DNA of 64,000 bases from Octopus vulgaris (lineage: Eukaryota), in assembly GCA_951406725.2 (NCBI GenBank), contig OX597830.1, positions 35,712,001-35,776,000 on the forward strand, in the 5' to 3' direction. The notes under the pieces are model-generated. The model saw only the letters and a program-made list of their open reading frames with translations. It was not told the DNA's origin and did not search any database. The position numbers were made by a program, and so were the translations under genes. How positions within the stretch are numbered: position 1 is the first letter of the stretch; every line of letters starts with the position of its first letter. Shown in pieces: positions 1 through 15,999 of the stretch.

Positions 1-317
1 GGTGGAGATGGAGGAAGCGAGAAGAGAGGAGACAGAATGTGAGCGGGATAGGATGGTGGTTTATGCAATGTAAGAAAGTAAGGAATATATATATATATAG
101 AGAGAGAGAGAAACAAAATGACTGGAAGTTAGTAAGATACAAAACCTGAAACGCGATATAACGATATAGATATATCTTAAATCATATTTCTTTGTGTTTG
201 TGTCATGCAGCAATATTCAAACAAGTATATATTCTATAGAAACAAGGAAAACCTTACACACACACAAACACAAACACACATACATACAAACACATTTATA
301 TGCACACATCTACATGC

Positions 318-375
<58 letters not shown>

Positions 376-876
376 ATTTGAGGGAATAAAATCCAAACTT
401 ACAAGGAAAAAGAATTCGATTTAGAAATACTAAATCGAATTCCACACAATTAAATATATATATATAAACATTATATTATTTTTGTAATTTTCTTAATCTT
501 TACTTTTTAATTGTTATTTTAATTTTAACTTTTCTATTATATGTAATTTTTTAGATGGTGTAATTTAATTATTCATTTTGAATTGATAAAAGGTGGTTTT
601 TTTCTAATATGTTAAATATCTATATATACACGTAAACAGGCACATGTATATATATATATATATGTATATTGGATATATATATATATTTATACATGCATAT
701 ATATCTAATCTATATTTATATATGTGTGTGTGTGAGTGTATGTGTGTGTGTGCGAATTTGTAAGCCTGTATATATTCTTATATATGTAGATTTATATATA
801 TATACATAAAACACAAATATATATATTTGCATTTCTATACGCACACACACATACACACCACAAACAAATACACTGA

Positions 877-930
<54 letters not shown>

Positions 931-1089
931 TGTGTGTGTATAATAAATATATAAATGCCATCATGGTGTCAAGCCAAACTATCAATCTACGGAAATAATT
1001 ACAGGGTTAAAGTCCTAAGCATAATAACATGTATAACCAATATATCCTACCATGTTCTAAATAAACAAATAAAACGGAATCAAAATATG

Positions 1090-1880
1090 TGCAGCTCTCC
1101 CCAGGAGAGAACAAACCTTCAAAAAGAACGCACATCACCCAGAGACAAAAGGTACAATTTTGAAATCAACAGCTACTCACCCATCGCGTTTATGAAACCA
1201 ACAGCTGCCCAACGATACTATAACCATCGCAAAAATCGTACCACTCTTTTTGGCCATCAAAGTCTACAGTTTTCGTTCTCTGTACCTTGAAATTGAATGG
1301 CTACCTGAACAGCATCACGTATTTTAGTAATATTGAGCAGGCTTCTTCCCATGATTCAGGATACATGAAGATATATCGTAGGAGTAAAAGCTTTGCTTTT
1401 GTAATCTCTTTATATATAAAGCTGAAGTTATCTGTGCATGGCAGGTTTGATAGCCTTCAACTAACACTATCTCCTCCGAGACCTTGCGGCGCATGTTGAC
1501 CAAAATTGATAGTATGATAGAAGAAGGCTTGCTCTTCCTTCCGTAGAAGAAAAAATTCAAATCGGACCATGTTAACACCAAAAATTATTTACATCAAAAA
1601 GGTGCTTTTTTCTATGAAAATCCCTATTTTTTACGATTTTTTTACTGCTGTGTTGCCATTTTTCGGTGTATTTCAACCAGAAAAATGTTCACTTAAAGAG
1701 TATAACAAGCTACATAATGCAAAAGTTTTACTTTTCAAAAATTCTAATTGTAAAGGGTCGAAACAAACCCGAGCAACGCCGGGTGATACTGCTACTTGAT
1801 AATATAAAACACCTGTCAATTACTGGCATCGAGATCATCTTTTCCCTATGTCTCTAGATTGTTCTCATGTTAGATGTTCT
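1090..1880 (+). pseudogene. Degraded non-LTR reverse transcriptase remnant (L2/Rex1-like), split by a Helitron at 1405-1795
   Basis: Frameshifted peptides EINSYSPIAF (cf. NSYRPIAL), GHQSLQF (cf. LDPLQF) and SHDSGYMKIYRRSKSFAF (cf. YVRILFxDFSSAF). After the insertion, LSITGIEIIFSLCL*I resembles LGxxxxLCxWI. Confidence 0.4.
1405..1795 (+). mobile_element. Non-autonomous Helitron (~390 bp)
   Basis: A|TCTCTTTATATATAAAG 5' end; 3' hairpin CCCGAGCAACGCCGGG, then TGATACTG-CTAC|T (CTAG with one change); no TSD. Same 3' end as the copies at 49541 and 61990. Confidence 0.8.
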
Positions 1881-1891
1881 CAGCAGATGAT

Positions 1892-1932
<41 letters not shown>

Positions 1933-2211
1933 CAGACAACAAACGAAGTCCCCTGAAATTTATTCCCATGTGTCTGTAGCATTTCTAACAATCGATGGTT
2001 ATTCTGTGAGGTTGGCCGATCTTTTAGAATTAGCAGTTGACGTTTCCAAAAATCATACTTCCCTGTTGTCTCTAATAAACAAGATTGCATTAGAAAACCT
2101 CGTTTCTGAGATTTTTCAAATACGGGCAAGGTCTGCTCTTGTGTTGATAGTGAAACAATATCAAGAAGAACGAACACGAATAATATATTTGCAGTTTATG
2201 AAAGGCTTCCT

Positions 2212-2375
2212 GGGGCAGGTGTGGCTGAATGGTAAGAAGTTGGCTCCATAGCTCCGTTCAAACCCACTGCGTAGTGCTTTGTGCAAGCATAATCTACTAT
2301 CGCCCGCGCCAGCCAAATTTTTGGGAGTGGATATTGTTGATAGAAATTGGGAAAAAAGCCCGTCGTGTGTGAGTG
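2212..2375 (+). mobile_element. SINE family A, degraded 5' half
   Basis: Similar to the head of the full copies at 44148 and 61406 (GTGTGGCT..TGGTAAG..GTTCAAACCCACTGCG..AAGCCCGTCG). Confidence 0.6.
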
Positions 2376-2559
2376 TTTGTTTGGGGGGGGGGCGTGCGCG
2401 CGTTCTAGTTAGTGCGTGTCTATTTATGAAATCTCACATGGGATAGTCCGGCTCTAAAATAGTGAACTCGCTCGAAGTTATTGATGAGGAGTATTCAGTT
2501 GTTTAGGTAGTAGAATTCTTACACTCGAAATTAATGCGTGAACTCTATAGGATAAAGGC

Positions 2560-2884
2560 TAAAGACCCCACTCTGTCATGAATGACCATGGGGTTGCATC
2601 TAGAAAGTTCCCTTCCAAGGCACAAATCCGGGCAAGGTTGTTTAAGGAATACCACCAGTCACCCATGCATATCAGTCTCCTCTCTCCACGCAACCGATGT
2701 TATCCAAGGGAAAGGTAAAAGTTGATACTGCTTGACATCAACTTATTTCTAGAACTGAGTGAGCTGGAGTAACGTGAAATAAAGTGTCTTGCTCAAGAAC
2801 ACAACACTCAGTCCAGTCCGGGAATCGAACTCACTATATGATGATAGTGCGTCCGATGCTCTAACCACTGAGCCATGCACACGC
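2560..2884 (-). mobile_element. tRNA-headed SINE with CORE-like middle (family D)
   Basis: Minus strand has A box TGGCTCAGTGG, B box GAGTTCGATTCC and CORE-like GTGTTGTGTTCTTGAGCAAGACACTTTATTTCACGTT. Body is homologous to 21086-21362. Confidence 0.75.
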
Positions 2885-3053
2885 GTACATTTTACCAGCG
2901 TGAGACATTGGCAAGGTCAGACTTTTGAATTGCAAATACAGTTAAAAGAGAAAGAGAAATGAAAAAGAATTGATCCCAGAATTTGACTGAAATTTTATTG
3001 ATCCGAAACCGATGAAAGAGAGTGTTGCCCTTGGTGAGATTTTGAAATCATAC

Positions 3054-3480
3054 TTTTCTACTCTAGGCACAAGGCCCGAAATTTTTGGGTGAGGGGGTCA
3101 TTCGATTAGAGGGACCCCCGTACGCAACTGGAACTTAATTTATCGACGACGAAAGGATGAAAGGCAAAGTCGACCTGGGAAAAATTTGAACTCAGAACGT
3201 AAAAACAGACGAAATACCGCTAAGCATTTCGCCCGGCTTTCTAACGTTTCTGCCATCTCGCCGCCTTGAAACGGACGAATTTTGGCACAGGATCGGCAAT
3301 TTCCGAGGAAGGGTTAAATTGATTACATCGACCCAGTACGCAACTGGTGTTCATTTAATCGACCCAGAAAGGATGAAAGGTAAAGTCAACTTCGGTTGAA
3401 TTTGAACTCAGAACGTAATGACAGACGAACTGCCGCTAAGCATTTTGTCAAGCGCAGTAATGATTCCGTGAACTCTTTGC
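3054..3480 (-). mobile_element. Two adjacent SINE family B copies (3054-3268, 3281-3480)
   Basis: Minus-strand GAGTTCAAATT B box plus GACTTTGCCTTTCATCCTTTC..GTCGATAAATTAAG central domain, repeated across the window. Confidence 0.8.
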
Positions 3481-3825
3481 TTTGTGATTTCTGACGTAGG
3501 CAAGCACAAGGTCAGCAATTCTGACGGTAGGAGTTAGTCAATACCACTGACACCATGATATCACTGGTACATCTTTTTAATAGCCCTGTTTGGCTGTTGT
3601 AAGCCAAAGGAGAGAGTGGTCGGTATCAAATGGAATGTTTATTGCGATACTTTAACTCAATTAAAGATAGCCTGAGGCTATACAATAAAAAAATATATAC
3701 TCCACTATACGTAATGGTTACCAAAGAGAAAGGATTATAGCTGGTTTAATATTTGATATCAGTTTTAGTTTTTTTTTTTTAAATGACCTTTAAATAAGAT
3801 TGTGAACTATCATCACAATTGTCGA

Positions 3826-3862
<37 letters not shown>

Positions 3863-4598
3863 TTCATCAACAAACTATTATAATAAAAGCAATCGTACTA
3901 ACAATACTAACAAGAAGAAAATACAATACGTTATTTCAAAAGCTATTAAAACTTATCTCCAACGTGTCTTTCTCTCTGCATCACTGTATCTCTTTCTCAC
4001 TCTCTCACTTAATTCCTATCTTTTTCCTCGTCCTTCAATCTTCCAATTCTTATTCTCACACATTGAGTATTAAATCAACTGTAAACAACATTATCACATT
4101 TTAAAATAATAAATATCTAAATAAATAAATAGACAGATGTCAAATTAATTGAAAATTATCGAGGAAATTACTTTGTAAATTCAGATAAACAGTACTAAAA
4201 TTGTAATTTTTAGGAATTTTTTTTTTTTCTTTTCGAAAATTTCTGCCTTCACATACTTTTAACAGACATTTTAGCAAAAATGTCCATAACAGAGAAATCG
4301 TCATTAAAGAATGAGGAAGAGTAAAACGAAAAATACGAAAACTGCGTAAAAAGTAAAATTTTCTACAGCAATTTTTTCAAGATTTTAATTGTACATACAT
4401 CCACAAACACGCACATATATACATATACATATACATTCACATACACAGATACATACCCATACATGTACATGCATATGTATATATTTATATGTATATATGT
4501 GTATAAATATATGTCTGTATATATATATGTATGTATATGTGTGTGTGTGTGTGTATATGATTCTGCATTTGTGTGTGCTTGTGCATATGTTTGTGTGA

Positions 4599-4652
<54 letters not shown>

Positions 4653-4659
4653 CTTTTAA

Positions 4660-5018
4660 CTTTTATTTTTTACCTGTTTTAATCATGAGAATGCGGCAAT
4701 GCTGGGGCGTCGCCTTAAAACGTTTTAGTCGAACGAATCGAAACCAGTTCTTATTTTTTTTTTAAAGCCTCGTATTTACTCTACCGGTCGCTTATGCCGA
4801 ACCGCTAAGTTATGTGGACGTAAACACACTAGCACCGTTTGACAAGCGATGGTGGGGGACAACACACAAAGGAGGACATGCGCACGCGCACACGCACCTA
4901 TATTTATGCGATGGGTTTCTTTCAGTTTCCGTTTACCAAATCCACTCAAGTCTTTATTTTATCCGAGGGTATTGTAGAAGACAATTGCCCCAATATGCAA
5001 CCTTCTTACCATGCAGCT
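4660..5018 (-). mobile_element. SINE family A copy
   Basis: Reverse complement of the family A body (GCCGAACCGCTAAGTTA, TTCTTTCAGTTTCCG, CCAAATCCACTC). Confidence 0.75.
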
Positions 5019-5045
5019 AGTTATATATATATATATATATATATA

Positions 5046-5350
5046 GTTGAAATTTATAGAAAAACAAAAGCTGAAGACAGGTGTATGAACGAAAAGCAGG
5101 TGTATTGGTTTGACGCTCGGGAAAGTGAGAGAGTCAATTACGTTTCGAGCCGACGCTCTTCAACTGAAAGGAATAAGGGAAAAACAGAGAGAATTTTTTT
5201 AAATATTATAGATTTAGCGATCAAGCATGGCGGTTGGTTGGGGGAAAAGGTTTTACAGGAGAGGTAGAAAGAAGGGGAGATAATAAAGTGTTGGTGATCC
5301 TAAAACAAAGTTGCACGTGCGTGTGTGTGGAGTGGTGTGAGGTGATTTGA
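5046..5350 (-). mobile_element. Penelope-like terminal fragment (family H1) with degraded hammerhead motif (~5135-5170)
   Basis: Homologous to 30278, 54049 and 60287; minus strand GAAGAGC-gtcg-GCTC-GAAACGTA; abuts (TA)n. Confidence 0.65.
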
Positions 5351-5375
5351 TATACATACACACACACACACACAC

Positions 5376-5431
<56 letters not shown>

Positions 5432-5699
5432 GGGTGTGCAAGCGCATCTCTTAAAATTGTTTGGGCGTGCAAAATTATGGTTTGCATTCTTACTTTTCCC
5501 TAGGTTTAGAAAACAATATGTAAAATGTGATCTGGAAGGGAGGCTTCTTCTCGAAGAACAAAGAACAAATAAAACATTGTTTGCAAAAGTTTGGACCTGG
5601 GTTTGCACCCCTAAGGGAAAATTTTTCTTCCGAGCCAGTGCTACCCACCTATCAAATATTTTAGTGCCTTCAAACGCACTAGTATGCAGTTTCTAAGTT

Positions 5700-6230
5700 C
5701 TTCATTACGTATCCAACAGCGTTTGACTATTGCAAGCTTTCTGAAGTTCTTTCATTTGTTTCTCTATTTATCTCCTAAATTGGATATTACTCTTACTCTT
5801 TCTACAGCAGATCGTCATCATTACCAAGGCTGCAAATTTTGAGAGAGAGAGAAATGGAATATCAGACCTTCTTCCAATTCCACACGCTTCTATACCTCTG
5901 TAGACCTTAATTTCTTTCTTGTATAACTGTGTATACACTAAATGCTCCTCTATATACACGTATATAATTTTAATTGCACTCAATATCTAGTATTTGCCAA
6001 TCACCTCATCGTCATCCGGAAGGATGTTTTAAACTCAAAATAGAACTTTCTGTGATTTGAACTCACAATGTAAACAGATAGCATCGAATAACAAAATATC
6101 GAACAGCACTTTACTGGATGCTCTACTGATTCTGTGATCCAATAATAGCACTAACATAAGCTCAACGAATCCAATTATGGGAAAATATTGAGTGAATGGT
6201 CGACTAAATCGCTTCACTAACATATTGAAT
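5700..6230 (-). pseudogene. Possible hAT-type transposase C-terminal remnant
   Basis: FLSLSKFAALVMMTI followed by ERVR..RNK*KNFR resembles the hAT dimerisation motif LSKxAxxVLTIPHSNAxxERVFS; many stops. Confidence 0.3.
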
Positions 6231-6671
6231 AATTTAGTCTGAAATAAGCTATTTCTGAAAATATATGCCGAATGGTCACGGTTGGCATGCGTTTGATCAT
6301 AGGTCGTTTAGCCCCGGGTCAGGTCAGGTATGGTTGAATAGACCTGACCCGACAGCAGGGGGGTCTTGTTTGTGGAAACCACGAGAGGATTTTGATGGCA
6401 AAGTTGCTATCTGCTGGATTTGAACGCGGAACTTGCTAAAGGCGTTTACCGACGCTCAACTGATTTTCTACCAAATAATAATAACAAAAAAAAACAAAAA
6501 AAAAACAAATTACAACAATAAAAACAGAATTATAACAAAGAAACACCATCACCAACAACAGCAACAACAAAGCAGCCAGAACAAAGTACGTTGCCACCAT
6601 ATGCTTGGCTGCACCATACCCAAAAGATTTCTTTCCTTGTTATATGATATTTTGGGATACGTACATACCAC

Positions 6672-6762
<91 letters not shown>

Positions 6763-7071
6763 ATATATAGTGTGGAGGTGTGCAGATATATGTGCGTGTA
6801 TACATAGGTATATGTGTGAGAGTTTGTGTGTCTGTGTACGCAGGCAATATTGTGTGTATATATTGTGTGCATGTGTGAACATGTGTCTGTTAGTTAGCGT
6901 ATATGTGTGAGTGTATGAGAGTATCTATGGGTATTTGCAATGTGTACGTGTATGTGTACATGTGAAGGTGCGTTCTTGTATGTACGTCTGTGTGAGAAAG
7001 TTTGTATATGCATATGATTGCACTTGTGATCATGCGTCTATATGTGTGTGCGTGTGTGTGTGTGTGTGTGC

Positions 7072-7104
<33 letters not shown>

Positions 7105-7421
7105 TGTGCTGTTACTTTATTTTGAATTTTAATTTCAGGCGCCATCATCACTCAACTTATCGCTACATTTATTATATATGTATATATTAATTCAAGCGTG
7201 TAGTTTGTGTTATCGATGTATTTTCTTTTCCTTAATAGCTTGTTGTTTTTGCATGTATAATTAATTCATATTGAATTAATAAAATCAGTAGACATCGAAG
7301 TAAACACACAAACAAGAAACGAAAACAACAAAATAATCATATAGACATATATAGATCTATCTCGTCTATTATATTACATATATAAGATGATATATTGTAG
7401 ATATATATATATCTATCTATC

Positions 7422-7454
<33 letters not shown>

Positions 7455-7548
7455 TTCTCTTTTTAAATATATAACTATATCTCTTTCTCTTTATATATGT
7501 ATGTATAAAGATAGATAGATAAATAGATAGATAGATAAATGGATGGCC

Positions 7549-7593
<45 letters not shown>

Positions 7594-7792
7594 TGTGTGT
7601 GCATGTATATATGTATATACATAAATTTATATATATATATATATATATACATATGTATACGTGTGTATAGATAGCCACACACATATATACATATTTATAC
7701 ATACAAGCGTGTAATCATAAAGATATTCAAACGTCAAAACGTACACATTACTGCGTGAGAGTGTATGGTTGTGTATGTCTATCTATCTATTA

Positions 7793-7909
<117 letters not shown>

Positions 7910-8819
7910 ACTATATATATATATATATATGTATATATATCCAATGCCTGTGTATGTGTGTGCGTGTGTGTGTGTGTGTGTGCATGCGTATTGTATATAT
8001 GAATGTATATAATACATGCTAATATAGACATACACATGGCTACAGAGAGAGATAGATGGATGGGTAGATAGATAGATAGATGCATGCATACATACATACA
8101 TACAGACATACGTACGTACATAACCAAGGAAGTGAGTACTTAGGTTGCTAAAGATTGAACATATATCGTGATATAGACAGGTATAAAAATAAGATAAGGA
8201 AATGTACATATATGGGTATATATATATATATATATATGTATGTATATGTATGTCTGTACGCATACACAAAACCACAAGCACACATGCGCGCACACACACA
8301 CACAACACACGTGTATGCATATAAATATTTGTGCATGCATGTATACATATTTGTGCGAATGCTATGGTTGTGCTTTTTGCACGTCAGTACTATATAGATG
8401 CCCGCAAATTTCTGTACAGAGTACGTGTTTTTTGTTATGCTATATTGAAAATATTTGCTATATATCTACAGAATACGGGTACCTCAAATATACATACAAG
8501 CCGATGTATGTACACTTTTATGTATGTATATGTGTTCTGTGGGTATGTATATATCTGAGTGTGTGCAAGCTTGTGTGTGTGTGTATGCATGTACATGAAT
8601 ATATAAACTTGTGTGTGTATACATATATATATATGCATATACCTATACATACATACTTAAACGCACACACGAGCTAACATACCAATATATAGTTTCCCCT
8701 CTCTCACCCTGTATTATATATATATATCCTATATATATATATATTTATATATGCACGTACAAACATATGTATATAAATAAACAAATATATATATACCCTT
8801 ATATATATTTATATATTAG

Positions 8820-9030
<211 letters not shown>

Positions 9031-9451
9031 AATGTTCACACAAGGAGCTATATTGGCTTATGTAAATGTATGCAAATATGTCCATAGCCGCGTAATTGCA
9101 AGGTAAAAAAAATCGATTGATTTCGCTTTGATTGCCTTTTATTCATTTATTTACTTACTTACATCTTTATTTACTTGTTTATTTAGTTATTAACTATACG
9201 ATCAAATAATGTAATGAATTCAACGTTTTCAATTTTTGTAGGTTTCTTTATTATTTTTATTGCCTCATATTTTCATTTATTATATATTATTTTCATTTAT
9301 TTATTTATTTCTGTTTGTTCTTTTTTTTTACTTTTTTGTTTCATTTAGCCTTTTATTAATACTTCAATTAAGACTTCTTTTAGAAGTTTCATATTCGCTT
9401 CATTTTTCAGCTTTTACGCGGAGTAATTAATATAGGTATGCATTCAGTATA

Positions 9452-9516
<65 letters not shown>

Positions 9517-9628
9517 GTGTATACTTTTGTTCTGATCTCTTCTAAATATACATACAGCTATATGTCTGTGTGTGCGAGTGTGCGTGTGAGTATAATATAT
9601 AAATCTGTCTATCTTTTATACACACACA

Positions 9629-9674
<46 letters not shown>

Positions 9675-9852
9675 CATAAATACTTTTATATAATTATTTA
9701 TGTGATTTTATGCATATGATCTTTTATACAAAAAATATATATAAATATACACATATATATTTATATATATATTTACCTATGTATATATATACACATATAT
9801 ATATATATATATTTACATATACACACACATTTAGATATATATATGTATACAC

Positions 9853-9989
<137 letters not shown>

Positions 9990-10518
9990 CACACACACAC
10001 ATATCAACGCGCACACATGTATATGTATATACATATAAATGAGTGACAGTCTCAGCTTGACAGTGAGTATGAATGTCTGTGTACATACGCACGTACACAT
10101 ACACACACATATATATACATATATATATATACAATTATATATACTAAAGCATATACATATATGTCTGCGTGTGTAATACTGTACAATGTATGTATATGTG
10201 TATGTATATATATAAACAATACACGCATGTTCGCATGAGTTTATAAACAAGATGTGAAAGTACTCAATACAGATGTAAATGTGCATTTTCGTTGCTGTGC
10301 AATGATTATACTGCTTCAGAACAGCAGAGCATTTTCAGTGACATTAACGAAACTCTGAGTACCTAAAAGAGAGTAATCTCAGTCTCAGCATTGCAACAGA
10401 TTTATATATACATATATATGCATATACACATACACAGACATCAACACACACACACACAAAAGCTCACGCACACATATATTGGTATATATGTGTGCACGTC
10501 TACATATATGTAGAAAGA

Positions 10519-10594
<76 letters not shown>

Positions 10595-10876
10595 TTATTT
10601 GTCTTTTTCTCTATGTTTATAATTGTTAGTTGATATATGTATAAGTGTTATTATATTTAACGTAACAAAAACAAATCTCTGCCTGAAATGGAAAGAAAAA
10701 AACTTCTCACTGATTTTTAATTTCTCTTTTAGATTCCAGCGTTTTTTCTTTTTGCGCATAAGAAAATCCTTAAGCCACATACGTGCTTTTGTGCGCTTGT
10801 GAACAGGCACATGCGTGCAAGCACCCACACAAACACGTATGCACTTATGTATGTGCGGCTACGTACACACACACAC

Positions 10877-10946
<70 letters not shown>

Positions 10947-11147
10947 GCGTGTGTGTGTATACACATGTGTCAGATATTGCGTGTTTTCTCAACTCTCAGC
11001 GTCTCTCTCTCATACATACACACACATGCACTCTCACTATAAGAGTATTTCCTTCGATTATTAACTTTAAATCTTTCAAATGTTTTATTCTATACATACA
11101 TACTCTCGTACGGTCATAAGTACATTATAACGTTAGATATACACTCG

Positions 11148-11190
<43 letters not shown>

Positions 11191-11379
11191 GATATGCGTA
11201 CATAACAATATCTGTGCACGTGTATACACACACATACAGATATATACGCACAGGCATATACATGTAAGTACGTACACATACAATATTCCTGTTATGCAAT
11301 TCTACCCGCGAAATCAGCGAGGAAGCCATTACACTGGTAAGATGAAAACAACTATGACGATGACAAAGCCGTGGAAGAA

Positions 11380-11418
11380 GACGACGACGAGGAAGAAGAA
11401 GACGAAAAAGAAGAAGAA

Positions 11419-11464
<46 letters not shown>

Positions 11465-11960
11465 GGTGGTGGTGGTGGTGGTGGTGGTGGTGGTGGTGGT
11501 GGTGGTGGTGGTGGTGGTGGTGGTGGTGGTGGTGATGATGATGATGTTGATGATGATGGTGGTGGTGGTGGTGTGTGGTGGTGGTGGTGATGGTGGTGAT
11601 GATGGTGGTGATGATGGTGGTGGTGATGGTGATGATGATGATGGTGGTAGTGTTGGTGGTAATGATGATGGTGGTGATGATGATGATGGTGGTGATGATG
11701 ATGATGGTGGTGGTGGGTGGTGGTGGTGGTGGTGGTGGTGGTGGTGGTGGTGGTGGTAATGATGATGATCATGATGATGATGATGATGGTGGTGTTGGTG
11801 TTAGTGGTATTGATGATGGTGGTGATGACAATGATGGTGAGAATGGTGGTGGCGGTGGTGGTAATGATGATGATGATGATGTGATGATGATATTGGCGGT
11901 AATGATGATGATGGTAATGATGATCAACAAGAACAACAACAACAACAACAACAACAACAA
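11380..11960. repeat. Compound trinucleotide block (GAA/GAT/GGT/AAC)n
   Basis: Directly visible; gives poly-M/G/D/H artefact ORFs. Confidence 0.9.
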
Positions 11961-12282
11961 AATTATTCGTTCGCGTAATATTTTCTTTCTTGTTTTATTA
12001 AATGCAGTTATTTAAGATTGTGAGTTTGTGTGTTTCTTTCGTTTTTTTCTTTATATATATTTTTATATATTTTCTTAATATCCACAACAAAAAATTCAAC
12101 TCGTAATTTTTTCGTCACAATATTCACTTTATTTATTTGCTTAATCAATCTTTGCTTGTTTTCTAATAATACTTTTATATTTTTGAAACTTTTTATTTAT
12201 ATTTTTGTTGTTGTTGTTCTTCTCCTTCTACTACTTCTCCTCCTCCTCCTCCTCCTCCTCCATCTTCTTCTTCTTCTTCTTA

Positions 12283-12319
<37 letters not shown>

Positions 12320-12324
12320 GATTA

Positions 12325-13037
<713 letters not shown>

Positions 13038-13081
13038 TTTATTATCATTATTATTATTATTATTATCATTATTATTATTAA

Positions 13082-13130
<49 letters not shown>

Positions 13131-14428
13131 GGCTTTGCACAGCTTCTATCGCTAGAGATGTACTATGGTGTCAGCTGTTCACTACCAGTGTACTGAGGTA
13201 ACACCTCTTATTCTTCGATCATCTTCCGGAGTATTCAAGCGGTTCCAAGCAGTGCTGTTTTCTGCAAGTGCTCCACCCTTATTGCAGCCCCTATTTGTTC
13301 CATGTACTTCCAGAGATTTTTACTCACTGTTCTCAGGGTTCCGACAGTTATTGGTACCACTACTACCTTTTTCATCGCCAACAACTGCTTTACCTCCCAA
13401 GCTAACCTGTCATACATATTGACTTTTCTTTCTTCCTTATTGCATACCATGTCGTCAGATGGGCATGCTATATCAACGATCAAGCATACTTTGGTTTCTT
13501 TCTCAATTAAGACTATGTCTGGCTTCCTATTCTCTATCCCATAGTCGCACTGAATCATAAAATCCCACAGGAGCTTTGCATTTCTATTTTCGACGATGCC
13601 TTCGGGTTTGTGGTCGTACCAATGTTTTGCTCTGTCTTGTCCATACTTGTTGCAAAGTGTCCAATGGACAAGCCTAGCTATATTGTCGTGGCGTCTCTTA
13701 TATTCCTTCTGGGCTAGTGGCGTACATTGGCTGGTAATATGCCATACGGTTTCACCATTTTGTCCACAGATTCTGCATTTATCACTTACTGATGTGTTGT
13801 CTAATCTGCATTTTATGTAGTTTGTTCTTAGTGCTTGCTCTCGGGCAGTACAGATTAGACCCTCCGTTTCCAATATCACATCACTTTTAGTCATCCACAG
13901 ACATCTTTTATCTCTGTTTTATCTTCAACATCCCTAAGAAATTGACCATGCATTCTTTTCATTACTCACCTATTTTCTGTTTCATTCGTTTTCATTTGAT
14001 GTACAATGCTTTATCTTTGCAAGTTTTCATCCTACACAAGCCTGACGTTCTTACTTCTAATAATAGCGGTTCTGTGGCATTTTTTACATACCATGCTATG
14101 TTGTTTTCTTCTGCTCTAGTGCTGTGTTTGCATCTAATATGTTCTCTTCCCCCTCTTTTTCATGGTACATATAGTCTGTCTGTGTCACGTTTTGGGTGGA
14201 GTGTCCCATATCTGATTAGCAACTTCCTTGTTTTTCTGTCTAAGCTGTTTAGTTCGTCTACTGTCCATGTGATTACCACTGCTCCATATCTAAGGAGAGT
14301 AACCGCCCAGGTATTGATAGCTTCAATCTTATTCCGTCCTCTTAATTTTGATTTAAGAATCAGTCTCAGTCTGCGCAAGTACTCCATCTTAAATTTTTCT
14401 GTCATTTCTTTCTCTGTTAATTTGTTCA
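13131..14428 (-). mobile_element. 5'-truncated R4/Dong-clade non-LTR retrotransposon (RT thumb, CCHC knuckle, restriction-like endonuclease), pseudogenised
   Basis: Peptides YLRRLRLILKSKL..AINTWAV..LDRKTRKLL..LHPKRDTDRLYVP; CRICGQNGETVWHITSQC; YKRRHD; RKPDIVLIEK..IVDIACP..KEERK. 3' end runs into (TAA)n; frameshifts and stops between ORF pieces. Confidence 0.9.
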
Positions 14429-14847
14429 ATTATTATTGTTGTTGTTGTTATGACTAAGGTGGCTAACTGGCAGAATCGTTGGTGCCGAGCAATCATAAGA
14501 GTGTCGGAAAATAACTTCTGATATTTTTTCGGTTCTTTACGTTCTGAATTCAAAACTCACTGTGATCAAAAGCCATTCTCAATGCTCTACAAATGCCTGT
14601 CGTGCGCACTAACGATCTCAAAAATTTCAAACGGAACTTTTCTTTTAATCCATCGATGTAGGGAATTCTTATTTATATTAGTTATTTTGCTACATATTAT
14701 GCCATTTTCCATGTTCCACTGCAGTTGGCATTTTCCTTTTTTCTTTAAGATTGCCTAGTACAAGGACAGAATTCAGGCCTATAAGGCAAACTGACGAAGC
14801 CGATACAATGACCGAAACGCTATGACTGTAATATCTTTCCCATGTAT

Positions 14848-15265
14848 CTTTTAAGTGTTTCAGTCATTAGGCTGCGACCATGCTGGGGTACAGCCTTGAA
14901 GAATCTTAATGGAATGAATCGCTCCTAGTACTTGTTTTAAAACCTTGTACTTGTTCGATCGGCTCCAATTTGCCGAACCGTTAATATGACGGGGGCGTAA
15001 TCACACACCACCATCGATTGTCAAACGATGGTGGGGGACAAACACAGACAGAAAGGCGCGCGCGCACACACACACACATACGCGTTTATATATATATACG
15101 ACGGTTTTCTTTCAGTTTCGTCCACCAAATCTAGCCTTAAGGCTTTGATCGGCCCAAGGCTACCACAAAAGACATTTACCTAAGGTGCCACATAGCGGGA
15201 CAGTGAGACTAAACTCGGAACCATGAGGTTGGGAAGAAAACTTATCCACACAAACTCGCCTGCGC
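14848..15265 (-). mobile_element. SINE family A copy
   Basis: Reverse-complement family A head, internal microsatellite and tail. Confidence 0.75.
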
Positions 15266-15480
15266 CTGCAACTGCATAGATGAGAAGATTTGTCCGAATA
15301 AATCAAAGCATGAAAATTATTTCTTCGGTCACAAATTTGGTGGACAAAGTTAATCGAATGAGTCGAGAAGCGGCCCTTTAATTTATAGACTCCTGGAAAT
15401 AGGAAACGGTGGGATAGAACTCTGTAGGTCCTTCTACTAATGCCGTTAATCAACTGTTCTTTAATCAGAATATAATAATT

Positions 15481-15962
15481 ATTTCTACTATAGACACAAG
15501 GCCTAAAATGTGGGGGAGAGGACTAGACGATTACATCGACCCCAGTACTCCGCTGGCACTTAATTTATCGACTCCAAAAGGATGAAAGGCAAAGTCGGCC
15601 TCGGTGGAATTTGAACTTAGAACGTATGGGCGCACTAAATGTCGCTAAGCATATTGTCCAGCGTGCTTACGATTATGCCAGTTAATTAGTCATAATCAAC
15701 TAATAAAAGGCATAATTAGGTAATTATTCCTTTAGTTAGTGTATAACAATAATTTCTACTGAAGGCACAAGGCCTGAAATTTTGATGAAGGGTTTAAGTC
15801 AATCACCTTGACCCCAGTACTTTACTGGCACTTAATTTATCGACCCAGAAAGGATAAAAAGCAAAGTTGACCTCGGCGAAATTGGAACCCAGAACGTAGC
15901 GGCATACGAAATACAGTCAAGCAATTCGCCCGGTGACCTAACGATTCTGCCAGCTAGCCGTC
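15481..15962 (-). mobile_element. Two SINE family B copies (15481-15682, 15752-15962)
   Basis: Family B central domain and B box on the minus strand. Confidence 0.8.
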
Positions 15963-15999
15963 TTTCGTTAGTATATAATAATGATAATTACTTGACTCA

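Noticed and set aside
1930-2210. Open frame KSPEIYSHVSVAFLTIDG...
   Set aside because: No recognisable motif or splice support; starts within (TA)n.
5428-5652. Possible MITE starting TAGGGTGTGCAAG
   Set aside because: Could not define matching TIRs with a TSD.
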